Assembly: GCA_034226945.1 (NCBI GenBank)
Contig: CP120462.1
Location: forward strand, 62,001-126,000
Length of the DNA: 64,000 nt
Reading direction: 5' to 3'
DNA from: Picochlorum sp. SENEW3
Taxonomy: Eukaryota
The notes beneath the pieces were generated by a model. That model had not been told where the DNA came from and did not search any database. It was given only the letters and a program-made list of their open reading frames with translations. Positions 45,384 through 56,356 of this stretch are shown here, one piece after another. Position numbers and translations under genes: made by a program. The number at the start of each line of letters is the position of its first letter. Position 1 is the first letter of the stretch.

Positions 45384-47138
45384 TTAAGCCAACATGGTGG
45401 AATAAAATTTTGAGACTTTATCATCGCTTTGTAATGATTGTGGAGCCACAGAATCACAAATTCGAAGCCCTTGCATGCTTTTGGCTCGGCTGAGTGCCAC
45501 GTATGCCATGCCTGGTTCAAATGCTCGCTGTAACGAGATTTCCACTCGATCGAGGGACATGCCCTGACTTTTATGAACAGTGATTGCCCATGCAAGTGTG
45601 AGTGGAAGTTGAGTTCGTGTGGCAACAACCCTGCCACCAATTTTGATTGTCCATTTCTCCCTGTCGATCGGAATGGCTGCCTGATTTCCTTGGGATATGA
45701 ATTTGACGTATGGAAGTCCCGAACTGGATATTTTTTCGACAACGCCTCGAGATCCATTGACGAGTCCCCTGCGGCTGCTAATGTTTTTCACGAGCATCAC
45801 TTGGGATCCGACCTTGAGTTCAAATGTTTTTGGAGCTTGGCAACTTGCATCCAAAAGATTCACATCACCCGTGTCTCGTGCGTGATACGTCATGCATTCC
45901 CCTGGTAACTTTTCTAATTCGTTTCTATTGATTGCGTCGACATCTGCTCGATGGGTGAATAATTTAGTCGGAAGGATCCCATCTTCTGTGTTTAATGGTC
46001 TAAAACAGTTGTCTAATTTTTCTGCCAACTCTTGACTTGACAGCTTGCCAGATCGCACCTCTGCAAGTACGTCTATAAAATACAAATCTGATTGTCGAAA
46101 AACTGTTTTCAATTCAATAGTGTGCTGAATACATTCATTCCATGCCCGAGCCTCAAAGCAAAATGATCTAGCCGCAGGAGACTTTGCAACAGGTGGAAGC
46201 TGATGGAAGTCTCCAGAGAGAACTAATTGAATCCCTCCGAAAGGTAGTTTAGATGATCGAAGTTTCCTTGCAATAACGTCCAGTGCATCGAAAAATTCTC
46301 CGTGCATCATGGAGATTTCATCAATGATGAGTGTCTGCACATTTCTCCATCGAAATGATGCATCAGGCCTCATCGCGTAACGCATCATTGCTTCAATGCC
46401 TCCATCTGCCCTCCCAATACCTGAAAATGCATTGATCGTAGAACCTCCTAGCAACGACCCAGATAGACCCGTGGTGCCAGTAACTGCAGTTGAGGCTGTG
46501 GGCAATGCTCTAATGACATGCTTTAGAAGAAGAGATTTTCCAGTCCCAGCTGAACCAGTGAAGAATACCGATTTCTTCTTGTTCACAATCAAATTAAATA
46601 CAACTTGTTGCTCCTGACTCAAGGCGGGCAAATCCTCTTGGTCTGAGTTCACAAATCTCTTTGTGTAAGAATCAGGAGCAATGCAGCCTGTCCTTCTCAC
46701 AGGGCTAGCCTTTCGATTGAGTGCCATTGACGATTGAAACGGATGTGCTATGCACTTTCGTATACCTCGAGAGCCTGCCATGTTGGCAGTAGCCTGCTGT
46801 CGTTTGCCCTGCAAAGCCTCTGATACACACACAAACAACTTTTGAACCTCCTCAATCTCTTCAGACGATATGTTCACCTGCAGCACTTTATGGGCTCTGT
46901 CCCAAGGATTGAGTTTATATTTTAAGAATCTAATACCGAACTGTCCATGCTGCACCCTGTGTCCATATAACGTTATCGGTGGTTGCAAAGGCAGGACAAT
47001 GTCCTTGTTCACCTTGATTTGGATCGACAGTATTGGGCCTATTGATGCATCATCAAATGCATTAATTTTAGCTTTTGCCAGCTTTTGAACCTTTGAGACA
47101 TTCCCACTACCATCAGAATGCTCTAAATGAACCTGCAT
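45384..47138 (-). CDS. PIF1: PIF1 5'-3' DNA helicase
   Basis: FFTGSAGTGKS, IIDEISM, PFGGIQLVLSGDFHQLPPV, LAWAITVHKSQG, AYVALSRA. Confidence 0.95.
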   Translation of the reverse strand: MQVHLEHSDGSGNVSKVQKLAKAKINAFDDASIGPILSIQIKVNKDIVLPLQPPITLYGHRVQHGQFGIRFLKYKLNPWDRAHKVLQVNISSEEIEEVQKLFVCVSEALQGKRQQATANMAGSRGIRKCIAHPFQSSMALNRKASPVRRTGCIAPDSYTKRFVNSDQEDLPALSQEQQVVFNLIVNKKKSVFFTGSAGTGKSLLLKHVIRALPTASTAVTGTTGLSGSLLGGSTINAFSGIGRADGGIEAMMRYAMRPDASFRWRNVQTLIIDEISMMHGEFFDALDVIARKLRSSKLPFGGIQLVLSGDFHQLPPVAKSPAARSFCFEARAWNECIQHTIELKTVFRQSDLYFIDVLAEVRSGKLSSQELAEKLDNCFRPLNTEDGILPTKLFTHRADVDAINRNELEKLPGECMTYHARDTGDVNLLDASCQAPKTFELKVGSQVMLVKNISSRRGLVNGSRGVVEKISSSGLPYVKFISQGNQAAIPIDREKWTIKIGGRVVATRTQLPLTLAWAITVHKSQGMSLDRVEISLQRAFEPGMAYVALSRAKSMQGLRICDSVAPQSLQSDDKVSKFYSTMLA

Positions 47139-47673
47139 TGAAGGGTTGCTTTCGTTGGGTAGGTAGGCTCACATACGGTTACAACTGAGTCGGAAAGTTT
47201 CAACGTACTCGTGCTTCAAGCATTGAGATTTTTGCTGAAAGTTTAAAGATCTGTCACAGATCGTATCACGTCAAAGCGGATCGCCAGCTGGCTCCCTGCA
47301 AGGATCCAATCGCACAGTCTCCTCGACAATTCTACGATCTCGCCATTAATTGGCGACTGCCTTTGGTGGGTGCCGCATCATATGACTGCAAAAGATATCA
47401 CAACTGTTATTTAATAAAAATATATAGCTTTATCAATTTGTTAGAGGACAAGGGTCATGCGCTCTCGCAGACATTTATACCGACGCTGCTGGCGTTGAAA
47501 GGAGCGGAGGATGGATCTCAGATACAGCGTCATTCGATTTCCCCAAAGCGGTTGGCACCCACCAAAATTTTGGCGCCCTTGGGCGCTTCAATCTGTACAG
47601 GCTGAAAATCGCGTACATGCCTGGGTACGTCGCATATCTTACACACTATACGTATCACACATTACATTGGTCA

Positions 47674-49610
47674 TCATCCAGTGGATGTTGGCATCAGGTT
47701 TGCCAATTTATTGAACATATCATCAATGGATGCAGTCACGTGTGAGGGCTGGTTCTCGTGTGCCCTGGCAGATTCAACGTCTTGAGGGGAGAATTGAAGC
47801 AGCCTTGAGATGACATCAAAAATATGGCTTTTCGAGTCGAGTTCACCACAGGCAAAGCTCTTGACCAACACTGCTTTCAAATAATCAACATCAACAGCAT
47901 TTCGCTTTTGCATTCTTTTCAACTCTGCCACCTCATCCTTCAAAATTTGGGTTGCTTTATCACGTAGTTCGTGAGTCTTCTCACTGTCAGCCAAAGCTGC
48001 TTCTAATGCAGCATTCTGATTCTTTAGATCAATCATCGTATCACCCATCACAGTGTCATATGAAGGAGTGGGTGTGCTTTGATCTTCAGTTTCTGAGACG
48101 GCTCGTTGTTTCTCTTCCGCAAGCCTTGCCTCAGATTCTTTGAGCAATTGATGCAATCTATTCACTTCTTCTACTGCCTGTGTACCCGTTGAGAGCATTT
48201 CTTCAAGATTGGAGAGTTTCTCCTGCGTCGAACTCTTGTATTCTTCAAACTTTGATTGCTCATTGTGCAAGAGAGCTTCCAGCTCGGCAATTCTGCTTGT
48301 TGAGTTCTCATCAATCGCATCTTCCTGCTGCTCGTCACGTTTCAAAGAAGCAAGATCTTCCTCCAGAGAGTTGTTGATCTCCTTTTGATCACTCAGCTCC
48401 CGTCTCAACTGGGCAATCGTGTCATCCAAAACGGATCTCTTTGCAGCAAATCCATGATTGGCAGTCTCGAGTGCTTGCTTCAACTCGTCAACCATGCCCT
48501 CACTAGAAATAGCACGCTGAATAGCACTCGAAGCTTCCAGCACAAGCTGATCTTTTTCAACAAGCAGTGCATCCATGTCCTCGCACTTTTTGCAACAAGC
48601 AGGTGCATCAGGCACTGGCTCAGAGAGCTTCTTGTGTGCATCCTCAAGCTCGGCACGATATGATGCTACCTGTGCTTCCATGGCCTCCTTCTCTGCCGTC
48701 GACGTTGCCACATACCTCTCAGCCTCGCTTTCTAAAGACTGAATCCTATCATTCTTGGAGTCAACGTCCCTTTTCAACACAGCTGTCTGTTCCTCCTGTT
48801 CCACCACAGACTCCTCCAATCTCGCTATGCGTTCATTCAATTCCTTCACTGCTACACGCAAATCATCCCGCTCGTTCTGAACAGTACTCAACTCTTCTTC
48901 AACCTCAACAAGACGACTAGATGCTTTCGACAGATCATCCACATGCTCTTCAAGCTTCCTGTCCTGCGCATGTGCCATCTCAGCCCTGTGCTTCCTCTCC
49001 ATGTCGTCCATATTCGCCGCATACCTCTCCCTCTCTTCCTTCAAATCAGCTTCTAACGAATCGATCGTTTGCCGCATACTCTCACGTTCGCCCTCAAACG
49101 CCTTGACCCGCTCCTCCACCAACTGCTCCACCAAGCTTGTCTGTTCCCCATCAGGGACATTTTCTTTCGACTCCTTGACAACATGCTCTTGGGGACCAGA
49201 TGCCCTATATTCCTTCAAAAGCTCATGCAGCCTTTCATTCTCAATAGCAGTAGACCTCAAACGATCCCGCAACGCCTTATTCTGAAACTGAACCAGTCTC
49301 AACGCAGTCTCTTGTTCAGACTCGGCAGCTTCCGTTTGCTCTGCAGATTGCAATCATAATAATTATTATCCACGTGGTTGTATAATCTACTGAACAAGCA
49401 TTGTCCCATATCGGTTTCTGAAAGCGAATGTTACGCAACCACCGAGCCCTCGCTCGCATACACTCTATGCGCACCTTGACCCTTACTGCTATTCCTATTA
49501 GCAAGTCTATGCTGTTGGTCTTTTACCTGAGCAGCAAGTTTGACCCCTGCCTCCTGCGCCCGAGTTGCAAGTTCGTTAAACCGTTTCTTTACAAGCGACG
49601 TTGCGTCCAT
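47674..49610 (-). CDS. GRIP-domain coiled-coil golgin (2 exons)
   Basis: Long E/K/L heptad coil; C-terminal VDVDYLKAVLVK...VISRLLQFSPQD. Exon 1 MDATSLVKK...KGQ is joined in frame by a GTGCGC...CAG intron. Confidence 0.8.
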
Positions 49611-49651
49611 GGTTCTCAATACACCATGCACGCAATTTGATGTATACTATT

Positions 49652-51118
49652 TTAAACAAGTTCCCAAGAACTACTGCTTCCATCTGAATCCAACCGAGAG
49701 AGACCCTCATCGTCCATGGAGATTCTCCCCTCCATTGAGAGGGAAGGTGGTTCACATCCCTCTCGTCTGACACACATGATTGGGTACTGCTCATAGGATT
49801 GTTCAATTGTTGCAAGAGAGGACAATAATCTGTCCAGATCCTGCTCATGTCGGCACAAGAATCCAAAGGAGGCGGAAGAATCCATGGATGATGCAGGCAT
49901 GCTTTGGATTGTCTTGCTGGAAAATGTGGTGACACTGTCCTTGTTGAGGGCCGCAGGCTGCACCATATGAGGGTCTAGATACAGCAAGGTGTTGTTCTGA
50001 TGTCCTATGAAGTAATAGCTTGAATGCGAGGATCCGCCAATGATGCCAACGGATTGCTCTAGTTCTAATAGAGATGTGACTTGGGGAATATACACTGGGT
50101 TGATCTGCAGCACATGTGGGGCATTTTATTTTTTTTTTATTTTTTTCTCAGACGCATCTCAATCGACAGAATATGCTACACTGTATCCCTCTCCCCCTTC
50201 CGCTTTTTAAAAATATACGCACTATCAATCACTGCGTACCTTTCCGATTCCCATGACGAGAGGAATCAGTATGAGGACTCCTGCAACTCTGTCCTGTGAA
50301 AAGTAGGTGGCAAATGTCTGTTTTAAAGATTCTGTGTACAGAACGGGTGCGCCGCCTCCACAACCGATGACATGCGCTTTAATCCGTAGCGTGCTACCAG
50401 TGCTACACTGTATTGCCTCTGATATCGACTTTGAAGCTACATGTGGGCCCATCCATCGTCCAGGGACGACCCTGTAGGGTCATGCAAGAAATGAATACAT
50501 TGGGATATAGGCAACGCACACACAGTACACGACAAATTATGTAACGTACCCAAATTTTCTACCATGTCTGATGATGCTGTGAATGGACAAGGGATGCCTC
50601 TCATCATCATCAACATCCCAAAATGCCTCCATAGTTGATGCAGTCTTATTCACCGTATCCGAACATACCCGCGGTCGCTCCTGCCAATCACAGGTACTCT
50701 TATATACACTAGATGCAACAAGCATTTGGGATACCCTCAGGGTACATCCCCACCCAGCATCACTGGTCAGGCCATTTTCATGCATGAGTGGGGCAAAGCC
50801 CTTCCTGTACGTCATGTATGGAAATGACTGCAGCTGCTCCTCGTGCACAGTATTGTATTGGAAGCCGAGTAACCACAGTGGAGACGACGGATCGATCCGA
50901 GCTTGCCGATACACTCGAGTCAGACGACTCAACCCAAGAGTTCCTGACAGAGAGTAATATGCCTGGGCTGCAGACAACCGCATCGCTTCAATACGCCCCA
51001 AGCAGTCGTCATGAAGAACCCTTTCGTCGTTTTCTAGAATACCGTCCCAATGGGTGTCACCCGTGGAGGGGTTGTCTTCCATGCCGACACCAACCCTATG
51101 TGCTCTACTTTTTTCCAC
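49652..51118 (-). CDS. ATG4: Autophagy cysteine protease ATG4 (3 exons)
   Basis: TYRKGF, SDAGWGCTLRVSQML (catalytic Cys), WMGP, VLILIPLVMG, GIIGG...SYYFIG, LYLDPH, MDSSASFGF. Confidence 0.92.
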
Positions 51119-51720
51119 CTAAGTAAAAAAAGGACTTGGAAGAAAACCTCAAAGCGAAGAGAAAGGAGATGTTCATTTCGCAAACATAGTTCAAATAAAT
51201 AAAACACCCTGATTCATAAACAAATCTGTGAATATTCAAAATTATCTAGTTTGTGATTCGCCAAAGTGGTTTTTTCCAGCTTTATATCTGTGTGAATGGT
51301 AGCGATTTTCAAAAATTCGGAGAATTTTGTATTATTACGGGTGGAAGACGGAGATCTGACACAGAAGGAGTGATACGGTCGACACATATATGTGATATAT
51401 ATCACTGTCAGATACGCCACGGCGATTGCCTCTCAACGACAGCATTGGCAGAGCATCGGAACCACGTCGTCGTCTCACGACGTCATCCAATGGGGGCGTC
51501 TTCCAGGCGTCGATTTTACGGAGATCTGACACTGACGCTCTTTCGATGCCGGCACCAGACACGGGTGTAGGACCGCTCAGACGACACTAGAGACGGGAAT
51601 ACATCAGTCACGCGTGTTTCAAAAAACCGCAGATGTTACGGAGAGTTTTGACATGGCTTTTGAATAACCAATGCAATGTGGCGCAGTGCGTTGCATTTCA
51701 TTTCTAAAGACTAGGTAATC

Positions 51721-52506
51721 ATGGCATCGAGGCGATTGCTGGCGTCACTGTGGGCAGTCAGGGGGTCGAATGCTGTGAGCCATGGTTCTTGTGTCAGCAG
51801 TCAGATACCTCGTCATATTCACGCCCAAGGTACAATTGTACGAGAGGACAGTGAGACGAGAGAGAGTGGATCATGGATGCCAGAGTGGATGCGTGCTAGG
51901 ATGCCAGGGGTTCTGGGAGGCAGTAGAGAAGAAATTCAGGAGATGCAGGACTTGACGCTGGACTCGTACGCGAGCCAATTAAAAATGGCACGGAGATTGG
52001 GTTCTATGTCTGGGTTTGCATTTGGATCTACGAGTGCGTCGGATCCTGCTGCTCAGGGGACACTGCTGTTGTATGAAAAGATTATTGAGCGTATGAACTC
52101 GGCAGAGCGTGAGGATGTCAATGCATTCTCGTTGAACAGAAAAGTAATAGTTGCGGAGCAGGTTGGATGCAGCGTGGAGCAAGTGGAAGATTGCATTGCT
52201 CGATTCAAGTGGACGCAGCATATGATGAGGACGCTTGCGGCGTACAGAAAAAAGGGAAACCCAATGCCCAAGACGATGGAGGAACTGGAGCAGGTGGTTG
52301 GCAAGTGGCAGAGCTTCAGGTCGATTGAGGCAGGTGTGGCTTCATCTGGAGTAGCTTCTTCTGGAAGTATTGTGATTGCGATGGATGCTGTGTCGCCAAA
52401 GGATGGAAAGCCCTGTGGGCTTGCAGGGATGACAGTAGGTCGATCGACGAAATGTCCTCGATTTCGAAAGTCTTACAAGGCGTGCTGTGGAAAATATACA
52501 CGATGA
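51721..52506 (+). CDS. Organelle-targeted protein with a stand-alone SRP54/Ffh M-domain-like region and a C-terminal SEC-C-like motif
   Basis: LTLDSYASQLKMARRLGSM and IIERMNSAERE...RKVIVAEQVGCSVEQV resemble the Ffh M domain; VGRSTKCP...KSYKACCGK resembles SEC-C. Confidence 0.65.
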   Translation: MASRRLLASLWAVRGSNAVSHGSCVSSQIPRHIHAQGTIVREDSETRESGSWMPEWMRARMPGVLGGSREEIQEMQDLTLDSYASQLKMARRLGSMSGFAFGSTSASDPAAQGTLLLYEKIIERMNSAEREDVNAFSLNRKVIVAEQVGCSVEQVEDCIARFKWTQHMMRTLAAYRKKGNPMPKTMEELEQVVGKWQSFRSIEAGVASSGVASSGSIVIAMDAVSPKDGKPCGLAGMTVGRSTKCPRFRKSYKACCGKYTR

Positions 52507-53487
52507 CATGTATCAAAATAGTATTCAATGACGAAGAGTTTCAATACGGATGAGATGGGGCCAGGGACCCCCCTCGTCATAGTCGCAATCAAGTACAAGA
52601 AAGAAACCCTTGACAGAAGAACAGAAGTATAGGATTCAGAAAACTGTTCTTCGCCTACTGCCCTAGGGTTACTGACAGAAGTGCCAAAGAGTTTGGTTTG
52701 TTTGCAACTCCAGAAACTCGAGACATTGCGGTTGCTGTCTATTACCGAGAGAATGCATATCTCAAAATGGCGATTGAAATCATTAAAGCAGCGGCGCAAG
52801 ATAGATATGCTGCTGCTGATGGTCAGGAATTTGCAAGAACATAAGTCAAAGTCAATCTTACTTTCATCTTCACCAATGAGGGACCATCACATGTCGTTTT
52901 ATTACCCTTATACTGTAGGCGTATTCATTACTGGAACGAAAATATCAGAAAAAGGGTATCAAAACAGGGTATAGTTTCTTCGACAGAAATGACCGCCTGT
53001 TGAATTAATATAAACGAGTCAGTGGCAAAAGGGCAACAGAACTTCGAGACTGGAAAGGCTACTTGACTGAGTGACACAAGGCTGGCCACATCTGCACAAA
53101 ATACTGTACAGAAGTCCCCAAAACAAAGCAAAGATCTCGTGAATGCCAAACAGATCCCTAAAGAGGCCCGTGGCACCTCTATTACCCCCAGTGGCCCCCC
53201 TGACAGCTTGGAGCAAGCTCTGCAGAATGCTTGTCAATTACTGGATGAGCAGATAGCTGCAGTACTGGATGATCATATGTATGTGAGCAGATTCGAAATC
53301 TAATAGTCATGCCTCCCGTTGACGCCGCTTTCATACGAAGAAGCCGTCGATCAACACGTTCATCCTGAAGACATGGCCGCTCGTACTGTTTCTGAATATA
53401 GAAAATCATATGCGCGAACAAAACAACCCCCAGATTGGATGTGGTGGACCTCGCCATCACGAGATCATGACATGGTGCTGCGCACGC

Positions 53488-55566
53488 TCAGCTGAGGGCC
53501 GCGAGGATGGCGATGCATGCAGCCACCCCAGAGGACATGCAGCGCAAATCAACCGCGGATGAGCTGGGACTGGGAGGGGATCCGTTGGCATACCCAGCAG
53601 CGGTATTCAAGCTCCCGTCCGGAAGGATCTCCAGGCCCTTGCTGCGCACCTCGTCCTGATACCTCTTGGCACACGCGACAAACGGATCAAATTTGATGCT
53701 GCCAAAGCCGGTCGCTGGATCCCACCCAGGGGCCGCAGGGAACCCATACAGACACTTGTTGCCGAACTGTTTGTCACCTTGATTGTTTCCCACAGAAATG
53801 TCGTGGAAGGCATCAGTGCAGTTTTCTCCCATCCAGTAGATCATGGGATTGGCATACCCAATGGTCTTGTATCCGTCTGCCAGAAGCTTCTGGTTGACGA
53901 GCGTAAATATCGCTGCAGCCATGGGTGCAGCTAGAGAAGTGCCTGCTTGCAGTGAGAGATCTCCATTTGCAGCAGACAAGATAGGGAAATACGCAGCATA
54001 CATTGCGATATCTGGGAACGCTCTTCCATTGGGATTGAATCCAGGAGTGTCTTTGGTGGGAAACCCATCAAAGGTACTGGCATTGTTCTCCGACAAGTAT
54101 CGCTCTGCAAACTTCTTCTGCCATACTGGCATTGAGTATAGGCTTGACGGGTATTCAGTGCCCGTAAAGCCTCCTCCAGATGTAATGCCACCGTCAGTCA
54201 AACTGCTTGCAACTACCTCAGTGCCTTCTGGGTACTCCTCCGTGGCCAGCATCTGGGTGCCACCCACGACGGTCACCCAGGGACTGTTGTTTGGCCATAC
54301 AGATTGCAAGACCTGTTGATTTGCGTACAAGGGGTTATCCTTGGGTAAGCATGTCTCCTTCTCAGTGAGATCAGCTAGTCCACTTGCACCAGAGTCTCCG
54401 CTGGACACCAAGATGGAGACGCCACTCAGGGTGAGATTCTTCAGGGCTTCTTCACGAAGTTTGGGTTCAACTGCATAATCAGAGTTCCAACTCAGCGACA
54501 CTACCTGAGCACGTTCCTCAGAAGTGGTGACATTCTTGATAAACTCAAGGAAGTACTCTGTAGAGAGTTGGCTGTATGCCACCTTTATGTCTTGTTTAAT
54601 CGAGGCAGGCAACTTATCAGTGGTACCTGCTTCCACTGCCTCAACCGTTTCCTCGATGGCCTCTGATGCATAGCCTTTTCCCTTCAAAAACTCCTCCAAA
54701 TAAGCAACAGCCACAGATATCGGCTGCTTCGTCGGTGTAAAGTGTGTGACTGCCTGAGGCGCAAAAGCCTGTTGAGTCTGGACGTCGAGCATGGTTTCAG
54801 TACATTCGCCATCCCCTTCAGGAAGGCAAATAGAAACGTTATTTTTGGGTGCCCAGTCAGTCAGTTGCAGGGGAATATTCGGAACAAGACCCTGCAATAT
54901 AAGATATTCTTCCACAGCTGTTGTGTTAACAGCAGAATCTGTTAGGCCAAAAGAGAGCGTGGATGCTTGTACCTGATCTTCAGTACCCTGAAGCCCAGGA
55001 TTAACTCCATAGTATTCCCTCAATGACGCCGCCGAGGCATTGAAATAGTTGTAGATGGATGGCCTCATGAAGACAGTTTCATTACCATCTGAGAACACAG
55101 TCAATATTTCTGTTGCCTCATACAAGGTGTTTGGCGGGGCAACTTTGCTGAGAGGCAGGCCGTACACATACACGTTATCCTCAACCTTGACCGACTTCAG
55201 TTCATCCAGCTGCTCTGCGTCAAATGTGACGGTTGTGTTGCCCGCAAGGGACGACACCATGATGACTTCCACCCTATCAACGCACAGGTCAGGATTCGCA
55301 GGATTCACGGTAACATTGTTACCACACACAAAAGATAGTGGTGGATTTGTACACCAAGCGCTAATCTCGGAAATACCTTCAGATTTGTTCAGGCCAAAGT
55401 ATTCAGGAATCGTTGTCTTCTGAAGTTTGACTGCAGGGCCCTTGCCTTGATTAAGCTTTCTTCTTCCATTCTGAGTGATGGAGTTCAGGCCAACGGGCGT
55501 ATCCAGCGCAAGAGCAGGGCTTGTCACGAGGAACACTGCAAGCGAGTAAAGTAGGAATCTCGCCAT
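53488..55566 (-). CDS. Sedolisin / tripeptidyl-peptidase I-like S53 peptidase, secreted, probably GPI-anchored
   Basis: Signal peptide, ETMLD (ExxxD), SSGDSG, SPWVTVVGGT, SGGGF, GRAFPDI, GTSLAAP, Ca-site GWDPATGFG, hydrophobic C-tail. Confidence 0.9.
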   Translation of the reverse strand: MARFLLYSLAVFLVTSPALALDTPVGLNSITQNGRRKLNQGKGPAVKLQKTTIPEYFGLNKSEGISEISAWCTNPPLSFVCGNNVTVNPANPDLCVDRVEVIMVSSLAGNTTVTFDAEQLDELKSVKVEDNVYVYGLPLSKVAPPNTLYEATEILTVFSDGNETVFMRPSIYNYFNASAASLREYYGVNPGLQGTEDQVQASTLSFGLTDSAVNTTAVEEYLILQGLVPNIPLQLTDWAPKNNVSICLPEGDGECTETMLDVQTQQAFAPQAVTHFTPTKQPISVAVAYLEEFLKGKGYASEAIEETVEAVEAGTTDKLPASIKQDIKVAYSQLSTEYFLEFIKNVTTSEERAQVVSLSWNSDYAVEPKLREEALKNLTLSGVSILVSSGDSGASGLADLTEKETCLPKDNPLYANQQVLQSVWPNNSPWVTVVGGTQMLATEEYPEGTEVVASSLTDGGITSGGGFTGTEYPSSLYSMPVWQKKFAERYLSENNASTFDGFPTKDTPGFNPNGRAFPDIAMYAAYFPILSAANGDLSLQAGTSLAAPMAAAIFTLVNQKLLADGYKTIGYANPMIYWMGENCTDAFHDISVGNNQGDKQFGNKCLYGFPAAPGWDPATGFGSIKFDPFVACAKRYQDEVRSKGLEILPDGSLNTAAGYANGSPPSPSSSAVDLRCMSSGVAACIAILAALS

Positions 55567-55702
55567 TCCGTCACGGTCTGATACGATGCGTGGGGCTTCT
55601 CTTTTCCTTTGATTTAAGATTTTGTAATTTATTGTTTCTATTAGGTTTTTAGTTTATTCTAATGTTAATGTTAATTTGTGTTACAATCGCCCGACTGCCT
55701 AC

Positions 55703-55795
55703 AATTAATTAAACATGCCCGCGATGCTGTCTTTGATATCAAATCGATTACCTGCAGGTAAAGGCAGCTGCCTTTCATCGATCCCGATCGGGATC
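55703..55795. repeat. Chain of overlapping perfect palindromes (array A)
   Basis: TTAATTAA; TTTGATATCAAA; AATCGATT; TTACCTGCAGGTAA; AAAGGCAGCTGCCTTT; GATCCCGATCGGGATC. Confidence 0.9.
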
Positions 55796-56356
55796 TGTGT
55801 TTCGATCTCAAATTTTGTACATAGATTTGAGGATTCGTTCGGGGGCGTCTCTGGACCGACCAGCCTCATGCGAGATGGGATGGTGCAGCCCATGTGTTTG
55901 AAGGTATTGGTTTGATGCGAATACTTCAAAACTTTGGACATACACAGATGGTTCCAAACATACGGTGTGTTTGCTTGTGGACTTGAACATGAGACAGGGC
56001 AGTTTGAGGACATATGTTGGTCGTTGCCGACGGAACAGGTGCTCTAAATGCCAGCTGGCAGATGTGTTGATCAACAGAGAGCTCTAGCCAGGTCTGTAGA
56101 AGTTCGAGTGTGCACCGAGATTGAAGGCAATGCCATGTCCATAGGCAGTTACAGCAAACTATATCATTATGATGGATCAAATATATGGTCTATGTGATTC
56201 AACGTCCCCGTTTATTTTCTTGAATCATCTTGTCTTCTATTTCCCACTGTATGGATATATGTCATTCCAACCTATACCTTCTTTTTGTTTGGGCAGATCC
56301 TCGTGATGCTCTCGATCCTTTTGTTTTAATTAACGCATCGCAATTAGTGTGGGTTG

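Noticed and set aside
44405..45757. 450-aa and 271-aa minus-strand ORFs
   Set aside because: Antisense or alternate-frame shadows of IDH and PIF1.
45384..47138. Helitron-type PIF1
   Set aside because: No Rep/HUH domain or terminal signals; it looks like the host PIF1.
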